From Cyanophora paradoxa CCMP329 (lineage: Eukaryota > Plantae > Glaucophyta): 64,000 nt of DNA. A program made the position numbers and the translations under genes. Below are positions 49,338 to 61,846 of the stretch, piece after piece. The stretch spans positions 124,001 through 188,000 of the forward strand of contig QPMI01000510.1 of the NCBI GenBank assembly GCA_004431415.1, read 5' to 3'. The notes beneath the pieces are model-generated. The model saw only the letters and a program-made list of their open reading frames with translations, searched no databases and was not told the DNA's origin. Each line of letters starts with the position of its first letter. The first letter of the stretch is position 1.

Positions 49338-52146
49338 TTAATCAAGCTCATCTCCACCAACCTGGCTGCGGTGCGTAGTCATCTCCTCCTCGTCCGACGA
49401 CAAGCCGGACTCATCCCCATCAGGAATATTTGATGCCACTGCTGCAGCTGATTTCCCTGTGGCAAGTGTGACCAGCAGGTCCAGTGGCTCTGAACGTGAT
49501 GAAGATCCTTGCTGAAGTGTCACGTCCATTGCAGTCTCCTCCTGCATCATGATGTTGCAGCAGCGACACAAGGAGAGGAGAGTTAAAGAATGAACGAACC
49601 AGGAGACGGACATTAGCGTCCTTGAAGAAGCGACCGTAATCGGCAGTCGCTCTTTCGAACTCGGGATTCTGAACGCGATGGAGCGAAGAATCGGCTTCAA
49701 ATCGGCGCGCGATCTCTGCCTCATCAGCCTCGTTCTGTCGATGCCGAGATTGCTGCTCGGCCTGCTCAGCCTGAAGCTTCTTCATGTCCTCATCATTCGA
49801 ATTCTGACTGTCTTGGCTGGCTGCGTTCGACTTTGCTCTCATCTCTTCCTCCTCCAGCTGCCTCTTGTCCTTCCGCTCTTCCTTTTCGGCTTCAAAGGCG
49901 TCGCGGTACACCCATTGCTCAATGACCCAGTCACCAGGCACATGAATCTACGGAATCATGAGTCAAAGTGCTAGCCGTCCAGTATTTTCATATACTTCTT
50001 ACCACGTCACTGCGACTCTTTGCCAGCAAATCGTGCAGCTTGTTGCTTGAGCCGAATCCGAGCTTATCAGCGACCAAAGTCGGTGGCGTCGGCGAAACTC
50101 CAAGCCAGTATGCCCTGAACAAAAGACGTCAAACATGTCGCGGATTTTTGCATTATTGATGCGCAATCACATCATATCCTGATCCGCGACTGTGTCTTTC
50201 AGAGGAGTATACACTTCCGTAGGATGGATACTCTTGAAGATCGTATTCTTGCAAGCATGGCGCGTACCTGCATTGGAAAATCATAAACATAATGCTTGAT
50301 TGCGAGAAAGACAACAATTGAATGGCGCACGACCCCCAAACATGAAATGGCCTGGCTTCGTGCGGAATCCGAGGAAAGCGGGAACAAGGAAGCCTTTCTC
50401 GGTCTTCTCCCAGTGCGTAACGAGAACGCCGCCAGGGGTCCGTTCCTCGAGTTTGTACTCCAGCCGGAGTTCAGTACGAATAGCGTCTTCTGACCAGAAG
50501 GGGGGCTCGGCCTCGTGCACTTTTCCAGATCCAGATCCCGGAGATCCCGGCTGGCGGCGGGCGGCTGAAACGGGGAGTTTGACGAGGACCCGCTGATTCC
50601 GCTCCCCATTCGCCTCGTTGTGCACTTTCTGAGAGTCGAATTCCAACTCGTCTTTGAGCTTGAGAGCAGCTAGCACATCGCGACGGATTCGCTGGTCTTC
50701 CGTCTTGCTTCGCTTGGCTTTCGGAGCCTCCATCTGCGGCATATGCAAGTCAATAAGCGGCATATGCAAGTCAATAAGCAGACATATGCAGCCGGCAAGT
50801 TTCACCCACACCGCCAATGTCGAACTGGAATTCAGCGAATCGTGATCAGCCCCCCCCCCCCCCCCCCCCCCCCCCGAAAGAGAAAATCCCGAAAGAGAAC
50901 CCTCGAAAACCGCATGACAAAATAAGAAGTGCAAAACGCTCGCAAAGCAAAAGCGCAAAGCGGCAATTGAGACGCAAGTGAATTCGCAAATGTGACTTGA
51001 GCGACTGCGTCCATCTCGAACACCTAGCTGCACCGGTCAGGTTGCCGGGTTCCGGACCTGCCCGTGCACGTGTCGACTTCCTCTCTTTGCAGAGGCCCGG
51101 GCGTACGCCGTCCATCTCGAACACCTAGCTGCACCGGTCAGGTTGCCGGGTTCCGGACCTGCCCGTGCACGTGTCGACTTCCTCTCTTTGCAGAGGCCCG
51201 GGCGTACGCCGTCCATCTCGAACACCTAGCTGCACCGGTCAGGTTGCCGGGTTCCGGACCTGCCTGTGCACGTGTCGACTTCCTCTCTTTGCAGAGGCCC
51301 GGGCGTACGCCGTCCATCTCGAACACCTAGCTGCACCGGTCAGGTTGCCGGGTTCCGGACCTGCCCGTGCACGTGTCGACTTCCTCTTCTCTTTGCAGAG
51401 GCCCGGGCGTACGCCGTCCATCTCGAACACCTAGCTGCACCGGTCAGGTTGCCGGGTTCCGGACCTGCCTGTGCACGTGTCGACTTCCTCTCTTTGCAGA
51501 GGCCCGGGCGTACGCCCTCCATCTCGAACACCTAGCTGCACCGGTCAGGTTGCCGGGTTCCGGACCTGCCCGTGCACGTGTCGACTTCCTCTCTTTGCAG
51601 TCGACTTCCTCTCTCTGCAGAGGCCCGGGCGTACGCCGTCCATCTCGAACACCTAGCTGCACCGGTCAGGTTGCCGGGTTCCGGACCTGGCTCTGTCAAA
51701 ATGGCTCTGATGGTGTTGTTATCTGCAAAAACGCAAGCGCGAGAGCAATGTGCAGGCACGCTTTTGCATGAACATCTAGATAGATGGAAAGAAGGGATGA
51801 AGAGCAAAGACAGCGTGTGAAGAGAAATTGACAGAGGGCACACGTTTTTCACAGAGGCTTCGTCACCATCATCGTCCTGATCCCTATTCATTGGTTCATT
51901 AATGACACGCAAATTATGAGCAGCATTTATGTAAATATGTCGATTGACACGACCGAAGAAAAATTGCTCACTGATCTCTTCGAGCCCTCCTTCCTCCTCC
52001 CCTCCTTGTTTCCCCTTGCTGGCCGCGCCAGCATGCTTGTTCCCGGCACCAGCATGCTTGTTCCCGGCACCAGCTGCAGATGCCTTGATCCTCGGCTTTT
52101 TGGAGGCGACGGCACTATTTGCTTCGGACTCGAGCTCCTCCTGCAT
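49338..52146 (-). CDS. Transposon-internal gene(s) of unknown function, charged/coiled-coil, multi-exon
   Basis: ORF pieces with NLS-like (APKAKRSK, SKKPRIK) and E/K/R-rich segments and plausible splice sites. No recognisable domain. Confidence 0.5.
51008..51689. repeat. 101-bp tandem repeat x ~6.5, each unit with an imperfect hairpin
   Basis: Units start at 51008, 51109, 51210, 51311, 51415, 51516 and ~51637. Copies are near-identical with no unique spacers. Confidence 0.95.
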
Positions 52147-52339
52147 CGGTGGATCGATTCGATTAATGGGATCGATACAATTAAGATATAACGGACGTGA
52201 TGCATCAGAAGCAGGCCAGATGTTGGCTCGGATGCACTCGTGTTAGCAGTGCTCTTTTGAAGAAGATTTCCTGCCCAGAAAATCGCTCGTTTCGCTCCGT
52301 TCGCCACTTGCATGTTCGGCTGCACCGGGACCGCAGTCA

Positions 52340-55300
52340 TCAAAGTAGCAACGAAAACCATCTTGGAAAGACTACGTGACTTACAACCTGCGCGGCGTCA
52401 ATCAGTCCGGTTCCACGTGCTGCACACAATCCAAGAATTCTGACTGACCATCTGCACCGCGATCTCTTTTGCGACGCCTTTCTTCATGTAGAAGTATGGA
52501 ATCTGTTTCTGAACCCAAGTTGGACAAACAGATGTCACGACAACCAGATCGTGGGCGCTCTGTACGGCATCGCAAAGGGCCTCGTCACGAGAACACGATT
52601 ACTGGCGCTCATAAGGTAGTATTCAACGCATGCACCTCCTCCAATTCAAACAGGTTGGCCCGTACAAGCTGCGGATTGACGAATGATAAATCCACACGGC
52701 CGACGTACAACCCTGTCCCGACTATCTCGGCTGTCGCATTCGGAGCCCCAACGTGCATCAAGTCCACCAGCTCGAACTTGTTGAAGCGCATCAGACTGTT
52801 AGGAATCGCTTCCGGTGCAGCAAGGAACGGATTCACTGCGAAACGAAATCAGGTACGTCAAGATATCGAAAAATGAACAACAAGTACTGAAGTCTCCGGG
52901 GCTGATGATTTGCTTAGAGAACTTATCAACCTCTTTTGCCCGCTCGACTTCTCGTTTCTGCATGCGTTTCATCTTTTTCGGGCCATTATACAAGGTTGCG
53001 CCGTTCTGTCGCAAGAATGAGAAAACCGTGGACAGCACATTTAAGATAATGGCTGGCACACAGCCACAGTAGTCCTCCATTCCGTGGTGCGACTTTGAAC
53101 AAGATATCTAACGTGACCCTTTAGCCATTCCGTCACAACCTTTTCCGTGAACGGCTCCTGACGTGGTATGTCGGTGAATGATGATGATGAGGAAAACAAA
53201 GATATGAACCGGTGCTGGATTTCCGTCTGGAACTCCTTCAGGATAAACGCCGTTTGCTGTCATTGTGCAACAGGTGTACTTGAGGGCGAGAAGGATGCGT
53301 TGAATCAGCTCTGTAGCGGACCATCGGAATTTAAAAAAGATATCATATTCCGAAAAAGCGATTCGCACTGCTGTACGATGTTTTCATCTCAAGCCAAATG
53401 GGTTGCCCAAGTGCGTCCCAAATGGCCTGAAGATATACCATAAAATTGATACGAATAAAAGGAGACCGAGCATTGTGAATGAAGACTCGTGGATTCTTTT
53501 CGTCGCGCCTTCCGAGGAAAGAGAAACCTGAGCGTGGTTGGGCGTTTTGCAATGGAAACTGAATGGAAATCTGAACTGAATGGTGAATGCAAATCCGAAC
53601 CATGCGTGATGGCCACGCAATCAACGCCCACAGGAAGCGCAGTGTCGTAGCTGTTTTCTCGGAGCTTCGCGAAGAGTGCAAGAAGAGCTTCACGCTGCCG
53701 ACACGGATTTCATCAAAAAAAATGAATCCGGTCATAAGGACATGAAGAAAGCGAACAGCCATCGCGGATGACTGGTGTCTGCGGCTCTGATATTCAACGG
53801 TCCCAATCAGAAGCCGCACTGAAGCCTCCAGCGTTGCCTTGAAGTCTACAGGGACTTGTGGACGGCCGCCGAAGATCGTGTTCGAGACGTCTGATTGTTT
53901 TTTGTCATGCGCACGTATGTTGGTCATGTTTTGATCATGTGCGTGTGTAATTCGAAAAACGCACCAAAGACTCTCATGATATCGTCGACAAGAGTCTGTA
54001 CTTGAAGAGGCCAAAGCTCCTCTGGATCGTTCGCAGGCTGCCTGAGAACCGATGCTGTTTGTGAGAGCGTAAGTTCTTCAACGTGCGATTGCAAACAGCA
54101 ATCGAGTTCACCCCACGCATTGGCGTTACTGCGACCGCCCGAAAGGCGGTGCGCAGCGAGACCCGCGTATGAGTTCTCCTTCTCCGACCCCTCGCGGTCG
54201 GATCCATCGTTTTTGTTCTCATCGTTCTTCTGAAGGATTGCTGTCGTCGATCTGCCGACTGTATTCACGCTCTGATTCTTCAGAATCTGCGCTTCCCATC
54301 AGTTTGCGATAGCAATACACAACAGCAGGACCACATTTCGAGCAAGGGAAGCAGCGTTCGCCAAAAGCGTCATCGGCTTCCACAAAATCAGAGGCGTAAC
54401 CGGTGAAGAAGAAATTGCAGACACAAAGAAAGACAGCACCTTCAGAGGACCTCCTTTATCAGCAGTCTGAGGGCAAAGCACCGACCAGATTTTCAGGACC
54501 GGGCAGCATCGATATTCGAATGGTGAAACAACGGGAAATCACCTTCAACGAAGGAACTGCCGCTGGAATATTTTCGCCAGAGACGGTTGCTGCCTGAAAG
54601 CAACAGCAACGGCAAAGGTTTCAGCACTCGGGCATCAGCATTCGAACGCTCGAATTGCTGAAGAACACCGTTTTGAAGCGGCCGCCAGAGGAGTTTCCGG
54701 CCTGAACATGTGAGGAGAGCTCTTAGCATCGGCTGTCAAGTCCATAAAGCGCTGGGATGCATGCACACCGCTGGAACTGGAACGGGTTCTCCGCCTTTGC
54801 TTCGGTTTCCACAGTTCGGGACCTTTCCAATAGCTGCACATGTAGTGTAAGCTGTTATACTAGCGGGGACGAGTAAGACTGCGTACATTCAACGCAAGTA
54901 TTTCTGGCCAGAGTGCATCTCCTCGCCGCTTCTTGATTTTCTGCCAGAAGAGCATCAAAATTTGAAGGATCAATATCAACATCGTCTGCCAGCAAGTCAC
55001 AGGAGCTGTACAGGGAATCAACCTTTCGCAACACAGCTTCGTATTTGCAAAATGAATGCGCACGTGATTGAGGCCAAGCGTAGATCGATGTCGCGAACCT
55101 CCTGAGCAGCAGCATGAAGCTCTCTTACGCTCTTCATCGCGTCTCCGAGAACAGGCGGAATGACAATTTTGCTCGATATCGGTAACACTTCGTTGGCTTC
55201 TTCGACTGCAGCTAGAAAAGCTCGTTCGACGTTAAAAAACCTGATTGGAACCACGCCCGTTGGTCTAATTGCGACGATTGCATAGAAGGGAACCTAACGT

Positions 55301-55623
55301 GGGCGCACGTTGTCGTATCATAGTTCATGTGCACGGCCGGAGGTTCTGCACGTCCACAATCTCTGTGGAGCTAATGAAACGATTGCAACAGCGGCATATC
55401 CACAGCGTACGCGTACACATAGACCTTGTGGAGCTCATTGAACAACGCAGTCCTCCACTTGAAGACATTTGCTTTTCGTGCTACGATTACTGCGCAGGCT
55501 TGGTACCGCGGAAAAGCGCACCATAGTACAAGCATGCGCACCATTTGCACCGCTAGCTTCCGCTGGGGTCGCCGGTAACGCATGCACGCCACTAGTGCTC
55601 ACTGGCGGCCGCGGGCTGGCCAT
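52340..55623 (-). CDS. Transposon-internal multi-exon gene, possibly TnpA/TNP1-like accessory protein
   Basis: Spliced C-terminus (VDLMHVG..AEIVGTG..LVVVTSV..QIPY..HVVFPRW) loosely matches the En/Spm TNP1-type C-terminal pattern. Divergent from the transposase. Confidence 0.45.
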
Positions 55624-55891
55624 TGGGGCAGTCAACTCTGCGAACAGCGCTAAGTGACATTCTGTTGCTGTCTCATTGCTGCCTAGGAGCGCATCTCATC
55701 GCCTAGGTGCGCATCTCATCGCGTCGCTGTACCGGGCTTCGGAAAACTCCGATCGCACTACAGCAAGACTAAGCACACTCAGAAGAGCTCAAGATGCTTA
55801 CGGATGGTCGAGATGCTCCACGCCGATGTTTTCAAACTGCGCCGTGTACCCCCGGGGGGGAAGAACCTGGAGCAGCGGTGCGAACCACGCC

Positions 55892-58800
55892 ATGCAGCGG
55901 TCAGAGCGACTGCGGTGCGAATGTCAGAAGTGTCAAGGCAAGTTAGTGCGTCCTGAGGTTTTCAATGCACATCAACTGCTAGCGCACACCGGATTCAGTA
56001 GCAGCGATCGGCAAGTCGAGTGCCCTTGCTCGCGCTGCAATGGAAAGCGCGTCTCGTCTTGGGTGCAAAGGATACATTTGCACCTAGACAAATATGGATC
56101 CAGTCTAGTAGAGCAAGCTGCCCGGAGAGCTCCTGTAAGCGATTTCGTTCCTTTCGTAGCCGAAGTTCTTGACGTACCGATCCCGACAATTTCGGTTCGA
56201 GCGGCACTAAGAAGACGACGATTAGCAGCCCCGGCAGCACTTCAAGGCAACGAGCGACAAACAGATTCCAATTCGAAGCGCAAACGTGTCAACAATAAAG
56301 CCGCTCGTATGCTGCGAAGGCTGGGTAGATATACTGATCGTATTGGTCCTCAAGAAAACGGCAATGAACCTGGACATGAATCCAATATCGTCGATGGCAT
56401 CGATGGCGATGATCATGCTCATGAGGCTTTCGACGACCCAGCCGCAGAGGAAGGCCAAGCGGACGACATACGTGCAGACCCAGCTAGGGCGGATCAAGTG
56501 GATTATGGCCTAGAGTCGGATCAGGACGCAGCGCTCGACGGCTCAGATGATGAATGCACTACCAACAGGCAGAATTTTTATTCTGAGCCTCTTTTTGAGG
56601 GCTGTAAAGTGTCGGTGCGTGCTGGAGCATTCAATACATTGCTTGATATTGGCTGTATTGGCTTTTTAACTGTTCTCTAGCGCATGGATTACATCACTTT
56701 TTGCCTCGCATTGAAGAAACGCTTTACACAAGCACCTGTTGAGATGTTTGCATCAATCAACGCGGCTGTGTCTCTCATCATTGAGGGCCAACAAACTGCA
56801 ACGAGGCAGCTCGGGTCTTGGAAGAGAATGATTAGAGAAATCCAAGAATTCGTAGCGGTAAATAATCAACCACTTTCAATTTTCGTGTTCGAAACGTTAA
56901 CATTTCCCTGCTCAGCCTTCCATCACTTTCAGGACATGTGGGTATAAAGAGACAAAGCACAAGGTGGCGATTTGCAAGACAGTCTGGATCGAAGACGGAA
57001 CTGTTCCTCCAAATACAGTCTGCGAGTGTGGCCATTCAACCTATGCCGATGGTGTGGTGGGCTTCTTTTTTGATCCGACCCGGAGTTTTCAGCAGCTACT
57101 GAACAGTCCTTCGTATTATCCCCGGTTCCAGTGCGTTGATTTCGATTCTGTCGGTGCGGCCACGGCTGATCAAATTTACACAACGGCGTCCAGTTACGGC
57201 GTTCGAGCAATACAGATTGGGGCGATCGTGTTCCAGATTACTATTTGCGGTCGCAAGAATCCGAAACCCAACATCTCACTGGCGACTTTGTTCAATCAAG
57301 ACTTTTCTCTTCTCTTCACGAGGAGGGCTGTGTGCGAATTTCGGACGGTCTTGGAGTTGTGTGCGCATACTCTACAGATTCCGCAGTGACGCACAGCTGG
57401 TCATTTCCACACCTACAGCTTATTCTGAAAACTGGACTCTAATGTCGTGTTTCTAGGTCCCACGGCGGCTCTTTCACCCCTGTGTTTGTGATACCTATGT
57501 CTGCGCATCCTAATTGGCGGTGCGTGATCATTATCTCGCTTTCCGCTTTTTCGCCACTTGTCTCACCCCGTTTCGCTCAGAACAGCAATGCAACGCCTTG
57601 TTTTTCTCATGGATGGGAAGCCGAGAAACTTCGATGGAATGTTCCGCGTATTCCTTACACCGTGGCTTGTTGCCAACCAGCCGCCGCCCCAGGAGTCCCC
57701 GCTCCCGAAAGCCAAGGGTTTGCATGCCTTATAATCTGTCTCTTTCTTTCAATCATTCAATACCGTTGAGCAGAGTGGGGTTTTGCAATCCTCTCACCGG
57801 CAAAACTGACAAAGCATATTTCACAATGGCTCTCAATATCGATGACCTCCCCGGATGCGCAACGGCATTTATGATAAGTTCGCGTAACGCATCCTTGCGC
57901 GGCTTTGTATTCCGGGACAGAAACCTAAACTTTCTGCAGCGTCGCACAGTGGCGAGCACGGCCATCCGCTTCGGAAGGTGGATTTCTGGAAAGCGCAGAG
58001 CAAAACCGCCGGGAAAAACATGTTTCAAGCACACGATCTCCCGCTCAAACACTGGATGCGGGAGTTGTGCGTACTGACCAAGGATCATGATAGACCCCCA
58101 TCTGCCCGAACGGACTACTGCATGGTGCATCGAGCCGACGGACTGAAACGTTCCACTGCAGCTGTTCTGACACCCTTCGGTACAGCGAGCCGACGGACAT
58201 GCTGTAGAGATCCAACGCCAAAGATGGTTTCGGAAAGAGATTACGCAAACAGCTTTTGTTCAATTTGTGAAAACGAAAACCTTCGGTAAACCTTTTAGAA
58301 TGGATATAAGTGAACATCCTTCGAACGCGCCGTCCATTGAATTGTCTCTGACCAGGCGTTCAAGGCTTGCCGACTTTAGCGGAATGGCCACACTTTCGGC
58401 TCGGCCCCCTATGCGACTTCAGCGAGAGCGACTGGGAGTTCCTGCGGCATGGCGAGCTGAATTTCGACATGGGTGTTGACCGTTCAGGGGCGCGGCATAC
58501 TGACGAATTCCACCTCGTCAAAACCGTCTGGCGGATGTCTTCAACTATCTTCGCGGCAACGCGAATAATGGTGATAAGCTCAGTCCTACCTCGATTCAGT
58601 GTGTCGTTGCATCTTCCAACTTCCATTCGTGGTTGATTTGCAACGTACAACCACTAACTTAATTACTTTCGTCAATGCGAAGGTTAAGCATCAACATGGA
58701 TGTTCTTGTCCTTTACAGGGCGCCAAGCGAAGCGGAAATACGCTGCGCAGAGCAAAAGATGGAAAAGGATCGGCGACTTTACGAAGCAGCTCTCCGAAAT

Positions 58801-60865
58801 GGCAAGCCTCCTCCACGCCAGCCAGTCGACCTTGTCGCGGAACTCGAAGATAACGCGCCGTTTGCCTGGGAAGCCACTGAACGGCTGTACGATGCTATCG
58901 AGCGTGTTGCAAGGCGCGCACGATATCCGCACTTTTCAGGAACAACGGTAAGAATTAAATTCGCCAGACCCAATTTAAGTGAAGTTCGCAATTACAAATC
59001 GAGAAGAGCGAACTTTGATGTTTATAATTAGGACTAGCAGGAGTAACCATGTGTGCAGATGGACGAACCGTCGTTTTTACGGACTGGACGAAACTTTCAA
59101 AAGTTCGCTATTGCAGACGTGGCAGGCGACATTCTTCGCATGTGTCTTGATGCGGATATGGATAAACAGAATTGCCTCTATCGGATCCTCGTAATCAATC
59201 AACTGGACGTCCTGCACGGCATTGGATCGAAGGTAACGTTGAGAAAGCAAAGGCTCCGACACGTCCGTGACGTTGTAACAGATTGTTTATCCGGACTTCT
59301 TGCTTGAACTCCGCAAACTAGCAGTTCTTACAAGGGGTGCCGAACGTCACTACGTACCGTGCCGTTCTGGACAATGTATGCAGCTCTCGTTGTTGATGCG
59401 TGCGCGAACCATTGCTGTAGCTTGCCTGCAATCGGCTTAAATGTGCGAAGAGTGGACGGATGCATCGAGCTGGGGCCGGCGCCAGCAGTTTCTTCCCGTG
59501 GAACGGAGCGGGCGGTCACAATGTGAAAGTTACTGCAGGAATCGGGGCACAATCATCTCTGATAACGAGTGCGGCCCGACGAACGCAGGCAAGTTGTGAA
59601 AATATCTATTGCAATGCATATTGAATTTCGGTATTGGAGACGTTTGAACGGATTTTGTTTGCAGGAAATGGGAGCCCTTGCCGTCCTGCAGCATGCAACA
59701 AGCGAGTTCTTGAACAAAATTCCACACCTTCTTGACACGGAAAAAGCCGGTGCCATTCGGAAGGGCAAACGTGGCTACAGCTACGATATTCACACAGCTG
59801 GCGTCGAATACAGTAAGAAAACCAAACCAGAGCTGGGGTTCATTCTTGAAGGAAGGTTCGAAATTCGAATTCGCAATTGCCGCCGCCAGCTGCAGATCTA
59901 GAGTCTAGATCTGCCCCACATTGATGACAAACTCGCATTAATTCTGCACAGTGATGACAATCACGATGAAGAGTACGGTGGCTTAATCTCTTCGTTTTGC
60001 GAGCGGGAGGAGCTGTTCGGAAATCCCCCGTATCTGGCCGTTTTCTTCGACCTCTACGTTGACGAGCGAGAGCGATTCATAGAGACTAAAGGCACCTGGT
60101 TCGAACCATCCGGATATCGATCCGCCCTTGTTTGTTTCTTCGTGATCATGATCAGCATGCGCACCCAGGCCGAGCTGGAATACACGATAGAACCTGTATT
60201 GCCGGAGGCTGGGCCCTGGCGTCCGATGGATCCGCACTTCTCCAGCATGCCTCGAGAATGGATTGGCGTCCACCTCGAAAGGGAACTATGTATCCTTGCT
60301 TTTACGCCAACCACCACCTGTTCATTTCCAGCGAACTCTCAACCGACAAGCACGACAGCTCATTCATGTCCTTTATCGCGATGGTTCCCCGACGGCAGCT
60401 CTGCGACGAGGGGGGCCATCCCTACCCTATCATTCCCTCGGGCGAATGGGTTACCTCAGCGCCGAGGAGATCCAAGCGCATCCTGACCGGCGAGAGCCGG
60501 TCCGGCGCTATGCTCGTGCCAGAGGCCTTTTCGAGTTCGCCCACGCAAAGGCACCCGGGGGTGCGTTTCGCATCATTCGAGCTGCGGTCTACCCCTTCTC
60601 AGCTTGCTCGTTTATGCCCAACTTGAACTGCGACCGAATCGACATCACCAAAGAGGACCCTCTCTGTCGTTGGGTGTGGCCTGACACCATCGAGCCTTGG
60701 CGCCTGATGCCTCTCCCCGACCACACATCGTCGCAATTCGAGCGTGTGCTCCCTAACCCAACAATCGATCACCTTATCAGAGCTCAGCAGTGCTTCCCAG
60801 ATAAGGGAGAGGTTAGGAACTTTCTTGGCGAGCGGCTGCCGTTCACGTCCCTGCGTAAAACGTAG
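55892..60865 (+). CDS. En/Spm (CACTA) TnpD-type transposase, multi-exon, with apparent frameshifts
   Basis: Two N-terminal C-x-C-x2-C...H motifs (CECQKC, CPCSRC..HL), EPLFEGCKVS..LALKK, C...C...CECGHSTY, LNIDDLPG and ELGPAPAVSSRGTER, in the order seen in CACTA transposases. Confidence 0.8.
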
Positions 60866-60943
60866 CCTACAGCTGCATGCGCAAGACGTCATTTATGCAA
60901 TAATTAGCTTGTAACAAATTTATTATTTCTTGTGGCCTGCGGC

Positions 60944-61621
60944 ATGCAGCCGCAGAGCCTCGGAGGCCGGGCCTTTCGGATCCGGTCCTGGTGATAAAGC
61001 ACACAATCATGATTCTTCTGATCATGAGCCCTTCGAGCTCGTGATCATGAAGCCTCAGGCCTCGGTACCAGGGCGACTCGGCGAGCTCGACGCATGGCCA
61101 GTCATGATCAAAAGCTCGTGTCTCGTAGCAAGCAACCCTCCGGGCCCAGCCTAGAAGACACACGGCGCTGATGATGGGAGCTCGAGCCTCGAGAAAGCCT
61201 CAGGCCTCCTTTGAGGCCCAGGGGACATGCGCTGGTCATAGACTCTAGATCTGAGAGCCTCGGAGCTCGAGCTTGTGATCATGTGCATCGGATCATGACG
61301 CCGCTGAGCCTCACTGGCTCAGGCCTCGGCAGCTCCCTTTGAGGCTCCGGATCCCTGATCATGACTTAATGCAGCCGCAGAGCCTCGGAGGCCCGGGCCT
61401 TTCGGATCCGGTCCTGGTGATAAAGCACACAATCATGATTCTTCTGATCATGAGCCCATCGAGCTCGTGATCATGAAGCCTCAGGCCTCGGTACCAGGGC
61501 GACTCGGCGAGCTCGACGCATGGCCAGTCATGATCAAAAAGCTCGTGTCTCGTAGCAAGCAACCCTCCGGGCCCAGCCTAGAAGACACACGGCGCTGATG
61601 ATGGGAGCTCGAGCCTCGAGA
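60944..61621. repeat. Pair of ~250-bp direct repeats with a 174-bp spacer
   Basis: 60944-61194 and 61369-61621 are near-identical and rich in TGATCATGA, GAGCTC and GAGCCTC words. Confidence 0.92.
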
Positions 61622-61846
61622 TCCGCATGATGGGCCGGAGCCACTAGGACGATTAATATTTAATTATGCCTCTGTCCCTCATGATCAGCGAGGACGGCTT
61701 ATGCACATGATGATCATGACGTGCGTGCATGCGCGTGCACGTGTGAATGCCTGCAGGCGCAGTTGCTTCCTCATCAATTCAAATCTATTACTTCCTAATT
61801 CCTCAAAAAGCTACTCTCCTAATTCCTAATAAAGCTACATTCTCCC

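Noticed and set aside
51008-51689. CRISPR array
   Set aside because: Units are contiguous and near-identical with no unique spacers, there are no cas genes, and the context is eukaryotic. The same applies to 1463-2266.
52985-53110. TET/JBP-like motif (VAPRNGGLLWLCASHYL) on the minus strand
   Set aside because: It lies in a short off-frame stretch bounded by stops, with no HxD motif and the His misplaced. The splice-consistent frame is different.
60944-61621. LTR/TRIM retroelement
   Set aside because: The repeats do not end in CA, and no TSD, PBS or PPT is evident.
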